Below are positions 1-9,891 of a stretch of DNA of 32,000 nt, piece by piece (the first letter of the stretch is position 1; each line of letters begins with the position of its first letter). Origin of the DNA: Candidatus Kuenenia stuttgartensis (GTDB lineage: Bacteria; Planctomycetota; Brocadiia; Brocadiales; Brocadiaceae). The stretch is from positions 660,001 through 692,000 of the forward strand of contig NZ_LT934425.1 of assembly GCF_900232105.1 (NCBI RefSeq). Reading direction: 5' to 3'. Under the pieces are notes generated by a model, which saw only the letters and a list, made by a program, of their open reading frames with translations, had not been told where the DNA came from and did not search any database. A program made the position numbers and the translations under genes.

Positions 1-150
1 AATCGCTGGACCGGACATATTGAGACATGGCTGGAAAAGCATTATGGCGATAAATGGCATACTTATTTGGAACAGGCGCTTGAAAACGAAGATAACAGGC
101 CTGGCAGAAAAAAGAAGGAGAAAATATTCAAAAGCAAGATGACAAAATGA
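1..150 (+). CDS. 3' end of an unidentified protein (partial, enters from the window edge)
   Basis: Frame 1 is open from base 1 to a TGA at 148-150 (...NRWTGHIETWLEKHYGDKWHTYLEQALENEDNRPGRKKKEKIFKSKMTK*). No family recognised. Too short to appear in the ORF track. Confidence 0.3.
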   Translation, partial: NRWTGHIETWLEKHYGDKWHTYLEQALENEDNRPGRKKKEKIFKSKMTK

Positions 151-412
151 AACATCCATGAACCTTTGGTTCACAAACATGTAGTAAAATAAATAATCCA
201 CAAATTACCACGATTTCCACAGATCAGGAGAAGATTAAAGCGGTTTTTTATCTGCGCTAATCGTTCGACTCACGACGAAGTCTGCGAAATCTGCGGATAA
301 GAATTATTTTAAGGAAGCAAACATTTTACTATGTATACTGTACTATCATATGCACTGCAAATTTTTTCAAAAGAGTAAGGTGTTGCAAAATCGTAAGCCT
401 CTTGATTATTCC

Positions 413-1534
413 TTATGCATAGTATTCAAGCAGTACATTTAGTATCTCTTTTGTGTTTGTTTTGCTTTTATCAAATATTACTTTCCCATAAGGCTCTCTT
501 GGCCCCCATCTGTCAAAGTTTGGTTTGGAAAAAAGAGCGATAGTTTTCGTCCCTACTGCAACTGCAAGATGCATTGGGCCTGAATCAGGAGTTACTATGA
601 CCTTACACTTTGATACTAAGGCAGCTACTTCGCGCAATGTGGCATTTTTTATGTATAAGGCAGATCCTATTACCGATTGTATACATTTTTCATTTCCCAT
701 CTCTTCTGGCCCTATAAATATTACCATGGGGATATGCCGTGTTCTCAGATTCTCTGCAATAATACCAAAACTTTCCAGATTCCATGCCTTTCCTTTTTTT
801 TGTCTGCCGCCGGTAAATATGCCAATCGGTTTCTTAAATGAATCTCCGAAATGCAATTTGAAGAAATCTTCTGCCCTGAGCTGTTCTTCCGGTTTGAGTA
901 TAATTTTGCGTTCATCAAAAGCTGCTATCCCTATTTGTTGCATACATTCCCGGATTTGATCTACCTTGTGACGCGATTGTGGATGTTTAAAAACAGAGGT
1001 AAACAATATATTGCCATCGTTTCGCATACACCCGATGCGATGCCTGGTTCCGGATGCATATGTGATATAGGCGCCCAGTGAATTAGTCGCCGTGCTTAGA
1101 TGAATGGCTGCATCGTACTTTTCTTTTCGAAGTATTGTAATAAGACGCCATAATCGATGCGGAAGCACAGTGTCTATTCGTTTGATAGTATGAATTTGTT
1201 TTATGGCATATCCCTCCAGTATGGATTTTGCATGCCTCCCCCCAACAAAACAGAATTGCACATTTGGCAGGGCTTTAATAAGCGCTGATACAGCGGGGGT
1301 AACCAGGATAGTATTCCCTAAACGTTGGTTTACGGAAACAAGCAGTATCTTCTTCATTGCATACAGGTTGGGCAAAGGTTCAACGCCAACATGCATCATA
1401 CGTGCAAGAGCCAGTAAAAAGATACGGCGAATACTGAGTTTCAGGCAGCGCAGAAAACTTGAACGTTTGAAATGTTTCCCGGATAAAGCGAGACCAAATT
1501 CATCTTTTAAAACAGGGGTATATTGCTTTTCCAT
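413..1534 (-). CDS. Glycosyltransferase family 9 (ADP-heptose:LPS heptosyltransferase-like)
   Basis: The 373-aa ORF has an N-terminal KILLVSVNQRLGNTILVTPAVSALIKALP segment and a C-terminal VIVTPDSGPMHLAVAVGTKTIALF segment, both typical of GT9. The first 59 aa look non-homologous, so M60 (start at 1357) is an alternative. An AGGA Shine-Dalgarno (SD) ribosome-binding motif precedes the 1534 start. Confidence 0.8.
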   Translation of the reverse strand: MEKQYTPVLKDEFGLALSGKHFKRSSFLRCLKLSIRRIFLLALARMMHVGVEPLPNLYAMKKILLVSVNQRLGNTILVTPAVSALIKALPNVQFCFVGGRHAKSILEGYAIKQIHTIKRIDTVLPHRLWRLITILRKEKYDAAIHLSTATNSLGAYITYASGTRHRIGCMRNDGNILFTSVFKHPQSRHKVDQIRECMQQIGIAAFDERKIILKPEEQLRAEDFFKLHFGDSFKKPIGIFTGGRQKKGKAWNLESFGIIAENLRTRHIPMVIFIGPEEMGNEKCIQSVIGSALYIKNATLREVAALVSKCKVIVTPDSGPMHLAVAVGTKTIALFSKPNFDRWGPREPYGKVIFDKSKTNTKEILNVLLEYYA

Positions 1535-1711
1535 CTTTTCCTTTGATTACTCGTTTAAAAGAATATGTCACAATAAATGACAACTCTTATACCAGGCAAA
1601 CATTAAGGGTTGATGAAGAAGACATGAAGAAAGCTTAATGTGTAAGGCAATTGATACATCAATCAAGGGAAGCGTTGGTACCGCTTAAGATACGTGTAAC
1701 TAAAAAACAGG

Positions 1712-3142
1712 TTAGCGATTGAAATGACTTTTTGGAAGGGTAACTAAAAAAGCGCTGCCTTTTCCTATTGTGCTTTTTACTTCTATTTTTCCTTTATGAA
1801 GGTCTGCTATGTTTTTGCAAATACTTAATCCCAGGCCTACCCCTCCGGTATCCCTTGACCTTGAAGCATCTACACGAAAAAACCTGTCAAAAATCTTGTT
1901 ATGGTCATTTTCGGAAATCCCTATTCCGGAGTCCCTGATTGAAACAATAACTTCATTTTCCAAATCTTTCAGAGAAATGCAAATATTGCCTCCCGGGGAA
2001 GTATATTTAATCGCATTATCCAAAAGATTGGAAAACAAACGATAGAGTAATTTTTGATCTCCATCTATTGTAATATTTTCCATCTTACTTATTGTGCAGT
2101 CTATTTTTTTAGTTTCTGTAATTACTTGAAACGCTGTGTAAAGTTCACACAGCATTTTTTTAAGATCAACATCATAGAACTCTTGTTTTGCCGCGTCTGT
2201 TTTCAGCAAAACCAGTAAATCATTTATCATGTTAATTATTTTTTCATGCTCAATTAAATTATTTTCCAGCAGTTCGCAATATTCTTCCGGGGTTCTTTGT
2301 TTTGCAAGCATTACTTCTATTCCGGCTTTTAGAGCAGCAAGCGGCGTTCTTAATTCATGGGAAACATCAGAGGTAAATTGAATAATTTTTCGGAAGGCAT
2401 CTTCAAGACGGTCTAACATAAGATTAATTGTATCCGTCAATTCTTCTAACTCACTTCCTGTATGTGCGGGTTTAAGTCTTGTATGTAAATTGTATGCCGT
2501 TATTGTTTTGGCTGCGTTTGTAATATATCCGACAGGATCAAGGCTTTTTTTGGCGATAAACCAGCCTCCTATGATAGTGATAATAACAATTCCCGGCATT
2601 ATCACTATTATATCATCCCTGAAATTTTTTAATGTTTTATATGATGGCTTCAGAGAGGTAGCCATCTGTAAAACATATTTCGGGCTGTTATCCTGGAATA
2701 CGGGTATTGTTAAAAGAAGGAAGCTATCGGTTGAATCTTTTGGTTTGGCGGTATCGAATGTTTCATTTCCATTTTTTGCATTGTTAATTGCTTTTTCAAA
2801 AGTTTTTAAAGGGAACTCAATGGAATTTACCGATGTAATGATTGAATTATTTTCTATATCATATAACAATGCTGATATTTTAAAAAATTTCCCGACGGAA
2901 ACTTCTTTTTCGATTTCAGTTTTCAGGGCATCCAGATTTAAATTCGTTTCCGTAAAATGTTGTAAAATATCTTCACCTTCATCTAAAAGGATTGCACACA
3001 TTTCTTTATTAAGTACATAGTATAAACGATAGTATAAGTATATTCCTAAAATGACTACTATTAGCAATACTGAAGTAGCGTACCAGAGTGTTATTTTAAA
3101 ACCAATTGTTCGGAAAAATTTAATCTCTTTCTTCGAGAACAT
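1712..3142 (-). CDS. Sensor histidine kinase, CusS/heavy-metal-sensor-like architecture (TM-periplasmic-TM-HAMP-HisKA-HATPase)
   Basis: Two hydrophobic segments flank a domain of about 150 aa. H-box SHELRTPL, N-box LLDNAIKYT, G-boxes RDSGIGI and GGVGLGLSI. Overlaps the upstream response regulator gene by 23 nt. Confidence 0.9.
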   Translation of the reverse strand: MFSKKEIKFFRTIGFKITLWYATSVLLIVVILGIYLYYRLYYVLNKEMCAILLDEGEDILQHFTETNLNLDALKTEIEKEVSVGKFFKISALLYDIENNSIITSVNSIEFPLKTFEKAINNAKNGNETFDTAKPKDSTDSFLLLTIPVFQDNSPKYVLQMATSLKPSYKTLKNFRDDIIVIMPGIVIITIIGGWFIAKKSLDPVGYITNAAKTITAYNLHTRLKPAHTGSELEELTDTINLMLDRLEDAFRKIIQFTSDVSHELRTPLAALKAGIEVMLAKQRTPEEYCELLENNLIEHEKIINMINDLLVLLKTDAAKQEFYDVDLKKMLCELYTAFQVITETKKIDCTISKMENITIDGDQKLLYRLFSNLLDNAIKYTSPGGNICISLKDLENEVIVSIRDSGIGISENDHNKIFDRFFRVDASRSRDTGGVGLGLSICKNIADLHKGKIEVKSTIGKGSAFLVTLPKSHFNR

Positions 3143-3794
3143 AGCCGACCCTTCTCACCGTATGTATAATGCCTTTATCAAAATCTTTCTCCAGTTTATT
3201 TCTTAAACGACTAATGTGAACATCAATTACATTGCTAAAGCTTTCATAATTGTAATCCCATATGTGCTCAGAAATCATCGTTCTGGTTAAAATCTGTCCT
3301 GGGTTTCTCATGAAATATTCAAGAATAGAGAATTCAATGGGCGTTAACTCAATCTTTTGTTTATCCCGGAATACTTTTCTGGTTTTGGGATCAAGTGTTA
3401 CATTGCCTGTTTTTAAATTTGATACATAATTGTCTGTTCTTCTCCTCATGCAAGCGCGAATACGTGCTAACAGCTCGGAAAAAGAAAAAGGCTTGACTAT
3501 ATAATCGTCAGCTCCAATATCCAGACCGTTTACTTTATCGTTTACGGAATCTATTGCCGTGAGAAATATTGCCGGAGTGTGAATTCCGGTGTTTCTTATT
3601 TGTTTCAGTACTTCCTTTCCATTGATTCCCGGAAGCATTATATCTACTACTATGAGGTCATAATTCTCATGTGTCGCCAAATGTAAGCCATCAATACCAT
3701 TATGCGCTATATCAACAGTATAGGAATTTTCCTCAAGGCCTTGTTTTAAATACTTTGCAATTTTTTTTTCATCTTCTATGATTAAAATTTTCAT
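3120..3794 (-). CDS. OmpR/PhoB-family response regulator (CusR-like)
   Basis: Receiver domain MKILIIEDE...DLIVVDIMLPG...KPF, followed by a winged-helix output domain (LTPIEFSILEYF, VHISRLRNKL, IHTVRRVGY). I chose the start at MKILIIEDE (aa 18 of the tracked ORF) because the upstream 17 aa are not receiver-like. Confidence 0.9.
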   Translation of the reverse strand: MKILIIEDEKKIAKYLKQGLEENSYTVDIAHNGIDGLHLATHENYDLIVVDIMLPGINGKEVLKQIRNTGIHTPAIFLTAIDSVNDKVNGLDIGADDYIVKPFSFSELLARIRACMRRRTDNYVSNLKTGNVTLDPKTRKVFRDKQKIELTPIEFSILEYFMRNPGQILTRTMISEHIWDYNYESFSNVIDVHISRLRNKLEKDFDKGIIHTVRRVGYVLEERD

Positions 3795-4145
3795 GGGGAT
3801 TAACTTTATTATCGGATGCAATATGAAGAGTCTGTATGCCAACAAGCAAAAATGACCGGTGGCAATCTCTGAATCGGGAGGATATGATACCCTTGTTCCA
3901 CCGTACCTATCAGGAAATCATTGCAGATACGGCTGTTTTTTGCACAGTTCCGGAAAGAGTAAAAAGCCGTATGGAAGAGTTGTTGGCTGGATATTAAAAG
4001 GCACTCGATGGAGGCGTTAAAAATTGAGGACACACAATAAAAGTCCAACATTCAAGGACTCGGTGTATACAGTTGACAACTTACACAACATACTGTCATA
4101 AAATTGCTTAGGCGACATTATTTCCATTTTCGTAATAAACTCACG

Positions 4146-5546
4146 TTAGCGAACTTTTAACCGTGTGTATCCCTGATGCTCGCCATAAATATCAGACCAG
4201 ACGATACCAACGTCCCACAGTTCTCCCTTTTTCATCAGGTTAAGCAATGCTCCAAATTCTTCAATGTTATTCACCCGATACTGCCCTACATATACAAGTA
4301 CATGGCCTGCCTTAATTCCAACATTCTCCGCAGGACTTTTCTTTTGGACTTCAGAGATTAGCACCCCACCCTTAACCCACCATAAATTCAATTGTTGCGC
4401 AAGCTGCGGGGTTAGGTCCTGGACGTAAAGCCCAAGTTTCTCCAAGGCAAGCTTTTCCGCCGAAGGCATTGGAGCCTTTTCAAGGCTAACCGACAACTCC
4501 ATTTCCTGACCATTGCGATTAATGGTAATAATTAATTTATCACCTGCATCCTTTTTCAGAATATATTTTTCAAAATCAAGCACATCAAAGATTCTTTTCG
4601 AATCAATCTTTATAATACAATCTCCGGTTTTTATTTTTGCCTTATGTGCCGGACTTTCCTTTTCAACGGAAGTGACCAGTATACCATTTGAAACATAGCC
4701 CTGCTCCTCTACTTGTGCGCCAAACCATATTTTATTAATCTCCCTGAAGTTAAATAGTTTGACAAGTGTTTCACGAACCTTATCCACAGGAATGGCAAAC
4801 CCTATACCCTGCGCATGATTTACGATTGCCGTGTTTATCCCGATAAGTTCTCCGTCAATATTAATCAAAGGCCCTCCGCTGTTTCCCGGGTTTATCAAGG
4901 CGTCTGTTTGAATAAGCCCGTTATATTCGAGGTTGCCATATTCCCCGCTAAAAGTAAAAGTACGGTTCTTTGCGCTTAGAACACCGATAGTTACCGAATT
5001 TTCCAGACCAAACGGGTTACCCAGGGCAATCACCGTTTCGCCGATCATAAGGTCCTTTGACGTGCCCATTTTAACATAAGGAAGCGGGCTTTCTGATTCT
5101 ATTTTTAACACGGCAAGATCGGTCACAGGATCAGAACTAATCATAGTAGCCTCGTAGTTTTTGCCATCTGCCAGCCTTACATTAAGCTTTGAAGCCCGGC
5201 TTACAACATGTTCGTTTGTTACGATATAACCGTCCTCATCAATAATTACCCCTGAACCCAAAGGCTTTTCTACTACCTTCCGTTGACTCTTATTAAAATA
5301 ATCATTAAAAAATTGTTCAAATAATTCGCTCCTGAACCCAAAAAAAGGATCTCCGTACCGTTGTTTAATAAATCTTTCCGTGCTGATATTAGCAACTGCA
5401 GCGCTTGTCTTTTCCACGGCAACGACCACAGGCGTCCTGCGGTTAGAATGCTCATTTAAAGCAAATGCCGCATTATTTGACAATAATGCGGCATTTGCAC
5501 ATATGAAGACAATAAAATTGAAAAGAGAAAACAATTGATGCTTCAT
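4146..5546 (-). CDS. htrA: Periplasmic serine endoprotease HtrA/DegP/DegQ family with two PDZ domains
   Basis: N-terminal signal peptide (MKHQLFSLFNFIVFICANAALLSNNAAFA). Trypsin-fold catalytic contexts VTNEHV, DLAVLKI and GNSGGPL. Two C-terminal PDZ-like segments. Confidence 0.92.
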   Translation of the reverse strand: MKHQLFSLFNFIVFICANAALLSNNAAFALNEHSNRRTPVVVAVEKTSAAVANISTERFIKQRYGDPFFGFRSELFEQFFNDYFNKSQRKVVEKPLGSGVIIDEDGYIVTNEHVVSRASKLNVRLADGKNYEATMISSDPVTDLAVLKIESESPLPYVKMGTSKDLMIGETVIALGNPFGLENSVTIGVLSAKNRTFTFSGEYGNLEYNGLIQTDALINPGNSGGPLINIDGELIGINTAIVNHAQGIGFAIPVDKVRETLVKLFNFREINKIWFGAQVEEQGYVSNGILVTSVEKESPAHKAKIKTGDCIIKIDSKRIFDVLDFEKYILKKDAGDKLIITINRNGQEMELSVSLEKAPMPSAEKLALEKLGLYVQDLTPQLAQQLNLWWVKGGVLISEVQKKSPAENVGIKAGHVLVYVGQYRVNNIEEFGALLNLMKKGELWDVGIVWSDIYGEHQGYTRLKVR

Positions 5547-5588
5547 CCGAATATCTTCTTATAAATTAAAAACCATTTTTTATGTTAC

Positions 5589-8018
5589 TCAGTGAAAACT
5601 GCCTTGTGGGCTGCTGCCCGGTGGCTTGCCGTGCATACCTCCTCCGCCGTATTCACCGGGAATCTGGTCTTTTGTTGTATTCAACACATCTATTGCTTCC
5701 TTTAAATTCCTTTCGACTGCCTGCATGGTAAAATCATCTTCTTTTCTCATAAGCTTCGCTACCTTATCTTTACCGATAACGTAGATACATTCGGAATTTT
5801 TACTCTTTGCATAATAGTTATTTTCATCCTTCTTTTTTCCGATATAAAGGACTTCATCACGTTCACCCAAGCCAATGATAATAGACAGTTGCGGTTCATC
5901 TAATGCAAACTGTGTCAGATTTGTTGCTTTGTACTGTTCTATATATTCACCCGTCAGTCTTTCAAGGTTATGGACATAATATTCCACTTCCCGGCTTTGA
6001 AAGTCTTTTACATCGTAATTTTTTAACGTCCAAAAATTATCCGCCTTTTCTATCTGTATTTCCCTGTCAGGATAGACGAGGGTAAGTTTTCTCACATCCA
6101 TCCTTTCAAAATCTAAAATCTTTGTCGGGGCTAACTCGGCATTAAAATCCCTTATTTTTGGCCAGGACAACTCAAATACCAAATTAACTCCGTCAATCAT
6201 AGCATATGAATTGTCCATATCTCCCCCCCCAACAGTATTCCCTATCAACAATGTTTTTGTCTCAATGATTTTGTTAATAGTGTCTTTCGCATCAGTTGCT
6301 ATATTTTGTTTTTCAGATTTTTGATTAATAATTTTTTCGTATGTCACGTGAATTTTCATTCTTGGATTATCCAAACCGAAAACACTAAGATCCGAGGGGT
6401 TTTCCGCAACATAATTTTCCGCTTTTAAGAAAGAGAGATCCCATACGATTTGATTCACCTTGTCTGCATCAGCACGCGCCTGAATCGGTTTGCTTAGTTC
6501 CCAAATAGCATTACCTTCTTCGTCTGTTTTATTCGTTTTTTCACATAAAAAAGTGCGGTCTGTTTTTTCAATTACAATCTTCTTAACCAGTTCTTTATCA
6601 AAATCGCAGACCAATCTGTCTCTGAAAGCAATCAGCGCATTTTCAAGCTTGTCATAAAATTCAACCGTTGAAACGGTATATACCGGATCTTCATCTACCC
6701 GCTTTACATAACATTTATTACCTTCGGGCAATTTATTTCCCACATAAAATCTTGACAATTCTTTATTTTCTTCTTTTATCACGGAAACCTCAAATACAGG
6801 ATCTTTTAACCCATATACTGATAAATCTTCCGGTTTGTCAGAAACAAAGTCTACTATTTCAAGAGTTTTAATTTTCTCAATAAAATTCCTAGCACTGTCC
6901 TGATCCGCATAAATATCAATTGGTTTTCTGATAACCCAGTCAAGCTCCAGTGATTTTTCGATGGATATCGTATCTTTTTTTGTTTTAAATTCCAGCTTGT
7001 TCACTCCATACGAACCGTAAGAATCAAACCTCACTAAAACCCTATCTCTCAGATCGTTTGGTTTCTTTTTGATTTCAGCAAGAATATTATCCTTTAGCAA
7101 AAAAATACTTTTCTCATCTACACGCTTAGCATACACTTTGTTATCAAGTGAGTATCCGAAAATGACCGATTGATCATGTCCCCGTTCAGTAACTGTAACC
7201 ATATATGCCGGATTATCCAGCCCGAACTTGGACAGCTCTACTTCTCCTTCCGGAAGAAAATCCTCCCGATCGATTTCGAGATTTTTAAGTTTTGCGATGA
7301 TATCTCTTACCTTTTGCAAATCAGCCAGGTCGTCAAGAGGTTCCTTAATTCTCCAAAACTCTCTGTCTTTCTCACAAACAATGTTATATTCTTTTGTTTT
7401 TATTTGCAGTCGCGTAACCGCTTCTTTGTCAAAGGTAAAGACCCACTTGCTTCTTAAATCAAGAATGCTTTTATTGATTTTTTCCAGCAAGCTACCCGGT
7501 ACAACAAAAACTTCATCATTTGTGTCAAGTTTAATATATACATTATCGCCCGCCGCAAGTCTTTCTCCAATGAATACGGTGTATTTATTGCTTGGCCCTG
7601 TTATCTGTATTTTGTCCGGACTGGTTTTTACACTTGTGTACATCGTGATATAGTTCTCTTGTTTATCAAAACCATAATATTTTAAGTCAAATGGTTTGTC
7701 TCCTTCTTTTTCAAATGAGCCTACTTTCGACATAAACTCAAACTCGGAGAGAATACTTGAGACCTCAGAATTATTTGCACGCAGCCTGTAAGGTTCCACA
7801 ATAAACCAAAAACCATTCTCAGCTTTTTCCAGTACTATTTTACCGGTTTCGTTCTTTAATTCTATCTTGTTCACCAGTGACGCTTTGAAATATGGCAGCA
7901 CCTTTTTTTGTAACCGCTCCCACTCCTCTTGGGGCAGTTGCTTTTTTTCATAAACAAATATATACGTTATGCCTATAATTGCAATTATTAAGAGAATTAT
8001 GGTAGTTTTAAATTTCAT
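5589..8018 (-). CDS. DUF4340-family protein, N-terminal membrane anchor plus five tandem DUF4340-like modules
   Basis: N-terminal TM segment, then five recurrences of the pattern W-x-[IL]-x-x-P...AD...V...L...L...DL..[YF]GL[DK]xP (for example FWFIVEPYRLRANNSEV...YGFDK; FWRIKEPLDDLADLQKV...FGLDNP; DWVIRKPIDIYADQDSA...YGLKDP; IWELSKPIQARADADKV...FGLDNP). Sits downstream of a GldG-like gene, as is usual for this family. Gly-rich tail GEYGGGGMHGKPPGSSPQGSFH. Confidence 0.7.
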   Translation of the reverse strand: MKFKTTIILLIIAIIGITYIFVYEKKQLPQEEWERLQKKVLPYFKASLVNKIELKNETGKIVLEKAENGFWFIVEPYRLRANNSEVSSILSEFEFMSKVGSFEKEGDKPFDLKYYGFDKQENYITMYTSVKTSPDKIQITGPSNKYTVFIGERLAAGDNVYIKLDTNDEVFVVPGSLLEKINKSILDLRSKWVFTFDKEAVTRLQIKTKEYNIVCEKDREFWRIKEPLDDLADLQKVRDIIAKLKNLEIDREDFLPEGEVELSKFGLDNPAYMVTVTERGHDQSVIFGYSLDNKVYAKRVDEKSIFLLKDNILAEIKKKPNDLRDRVLVRFDSYGSYGVNKLEFKTKKDTISIEKSLELDWVIRKPIDIYADQDSARNFIEKIKTLEIVDFVSDKPEDLSVYGLKDPVFEVSVIKEENKELSRFYVGNKLPEGNKCYVKRVDEDPVYTVSTVEFYDKLENALIAFRDRLVCDFDKELVKKIVIEKTDRTFLCEKTNKTDEEGNAIWELSKPIQARADADKVNQIVWDLSFLKAENYVAENPSDLSVFGLDNPRMKIHVTYEKIINQKSEKQNIATDAKDTINKIIETKTLLIGNTVGGGDMDNSYAMIDGVNLVFELSWPKIRDFNAELAPTKILDFERMDVRKLTLVYPDREIQIEKADNFWTLKNYDVKDFQSREVEYYVHNLERLTGEYIEQYKATNLTQFALDEPQLSIIIGLGERDEVLYIGKKKDENNYYAKSKNSECIYVIGKDKVAKLMRKEDDFTMQAVERNLKEAIDVLNTTKDQIPGEYGGGGMHGKPPGSSPQGSFH

Positions 8019-8181
8019 TGCTTAACTATTTCCTCCCACGAAGAATAAACTCTAATCAGAAGCGACTGCCACATAAATAATTTTGCCTTATATAAAAATG
8101 TATGAAATACAAAGGTCACACATTATTAAAAATCCAGACAACATGGATAAACACCAATCACCTGGGAATTGCCGTTCATTC

Positions 8182-9891
8182 CTAACGACGTCTTTTCCAC
8201 CACACGATACCGCCAATAACTATCGGAACCAAAGGAATACCAGCAATTGAAACCCAAAAAATAACTTTCATTTGTTCTGGGTGAATCACCGCCTTACGGA
8301 AATCAGCATCTTTGGCGGAAATACCTAATTGTGTCTCCTTCTTAGCAAGCCAATTAATTGAATTACGCACTAAATCATGATTGCCGGGATTATCTCCAAA
8401 CTCGTTTGTGGCAAAGTCCACATCTCCAAAAACAACCAGCCTTGCACCTGTTGGTTTTGCATTCGGGTCGTTTGCCATTGCAGGGTGCGCCTGTGTGACG
8501 CTTTTCGGCAATTCTTTCACCTGGGATGCCGCCGCCAGAGAAATAGGACTTAATACATCTGTTTCCATGTTTTTCTCTGGTTTTTTATATTTCAAATCCG
8601 CAATATCTGTTTCTCCCCAGGCGCTATCGGGCGCGTACATCAATACCTTAGCCTCATACGGCATTTGGTCATTCGGAGGGGCGGCATCTATGGAACATGC
8701 GCCGTAAAGTATCGTATTGTAATTTTTCAAATCGTCGGTAATTCTGTGGTCGCCATATTCTTCATTTTTTACATAAATCTCTGCAACCGTTTGTATACCA
8801 AACAGCGGCATCTTTACAGTATTATAAATTACAATGTCATCACGAACTACCATGCCATATTCTCCCAAAAGAGTTCCGAAACCGGTAGTGATATTGGGTG
8901 GAACTGCGGGTTCCAGCATGAGCAGCAAATTCCCTCTGTTTTCCAGATAATTTCTTATAATATTCAGCTCTTCTGTCAGATATGCCTTGGAAGGTCCCGC
9001 AACAATCAACACGTCGCAGTCATCAGGGATTTTCTTTTTATCCATGATATTCAAAGGCGCTACGCGACAGTTGTCACGTTTCAGGGCATTTGCGATTCCG
9101 GAAATACCGACCCTGTCGTAATCGTCAAATTGGCGTTCACCGTGCCCCTGAACAAAATAAATCGTTGTTTGTTTTTCCTGTGTAACGTTGAGGATTGCCC
9201 CCGTAAAAGCTTCTTCTCCTTTAAACCTAAAAGGATATTGCCGCTCCATCACGTCACTCTGTTGTACATGCTTGCTATATTCCCCGCATTCAAACACAAC
9301 AGAATTTAATTGAAGGTCACTGATTTTCAGGCGCATTGCTAATTCTTCCACCTTGCTGCGACTTCTCAGTGGGTCAATATTTTCAATCTTTATTTTTTCT
9401 GTGTTGTTATGCGCGTATTCTTTCAAAATGTCTACAATTTGCTCAAAAAACATCTCGCCCTGATTGAAGAGAGTGGTGATCACGACAGGTTTATCGAGAT
9501 TCTTAAGTATATTTTTTGTTTTTTGTGAGAGAGTATATTTCCCGGTAAGTGTAAGATCAAACCTTACATAGTGCCTATGGTTAAGGAAGCCAACAATTGC
9601 AAAAATACTTGCGGCAAAAATCGACATGACCGCTACGTTTGTTCCGACAAGGGCTTTTCTCTTGGACGCTTCCGTAGAAAACCACTTGTTTCTCATCGCT
9701 TTTAAAATACTAAACCCAATAATGATAGCACTACCAATACCCGTGGGCACTACCGAAGACACACTCCAGCCATTTAATATCCTGGATAACCCAAAACCGG
9801 ATATTGCTGCAATAATTCCGGCTAATATGATATAACCACTGTACAAATCAATCCAATCTTTCTTTTTATCACTCACAGCACTCATCTCCAT
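8182..9891 (-). CDS. GldG-like auxiliary component of an ABC-2 transporter (ABC-type uncharacterized transport system)
   Basis: 569 aa with N-terminal TM helices, a large soluble domain and a C-terminal TM followed by a basic tail (WWKRRR). Overlaps the stop of the upstream ABC-2 permease gene by 10 nt. Domain order matches GldG-type proteins. Assigned from architecture and context. Confidence 0.7.
   Translation of the reverse strand: MEMSAVSDKKKDWIDLYSGYIILAGIIAAISGFGLSRILNGWSVSSVVPTGIGSAIIIGFSILKAMRNKWFSTEASKRKALVGTNVAVMSIFAASIFAIVGFLNHRHYVRFDLTLTGKYTLSQKTKNILKNLDKPVVITTLFNQGEMFFEQIVDILKEYAHNNTEKIKIENIDPLRSRSKVEELAMRLKISDLQLNSVVFECGEYSKHVQQSDVMERQYPFRFKGEEAFTGAILNVTQEKQTTIYFVQGHGERQFDDYDRVGISGIANALKRDNCRVAPLNIMDKKKIPDDCDVLIVAGPSKAYLTEELNIIRNYLENRGNLLLMLEPAVPPNITTGFGTLLGEYGMVVRDDIVIYNTVKMPLFGIQTVAEIYVKNEEYGDHRITDDLKNYNTILYGACSIDAAPPNDQMPYEAKVLMYAPDSAWGETDIADLKYKKPEKNMETDVLSPISLAAASQVKELPKSVTQAHPAMANDPNAKPTGARLVVFGDVDFATNEFGDNPGNHDLVRNSINWLAKKETQLGISAKDADFRKAVIHPEQMKVIFWVSIAGIPLVPIVIGGIVWWKRRR

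Noticed and set aside
230-300. Three closely spaced TCTGCG motifs (ATCTGCGC, GTCTGCGA, ATCTGCGG) flanked by TTATC...GATAA, downstream of the partial ORF.
   Set aside because: The motif is short with loose spacing, and I cannot tie it to a regulator or a repeat family. It may be a terminator/operator region, but the evidence is too thin to call.
525-1580. Plus-strand ORFs 525-959, 851-1081 and 1203-1580, antisense to the GT9 gene.
   Set aside because: They lie entirely inside a well-supported minus-strand gene, have low-complexity or odd composition, and show no motifs. The same reasoning applies to the other antisense shadow ORFs inside the kinase, htrA, DUF4340, GldG, ABC, cysK/E, ADH, TPR, flgK/L and STAND genes.
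3809-4051. 80-aa minus-strand ORF upstream of the response regulator.
   Set aside because: Cys-rich and low-complexity, with no SD and no motif. It overlaps the spurious N-terminal extension of the regulator ORF. I treat the region as the promoter/leader of the two-component operon.
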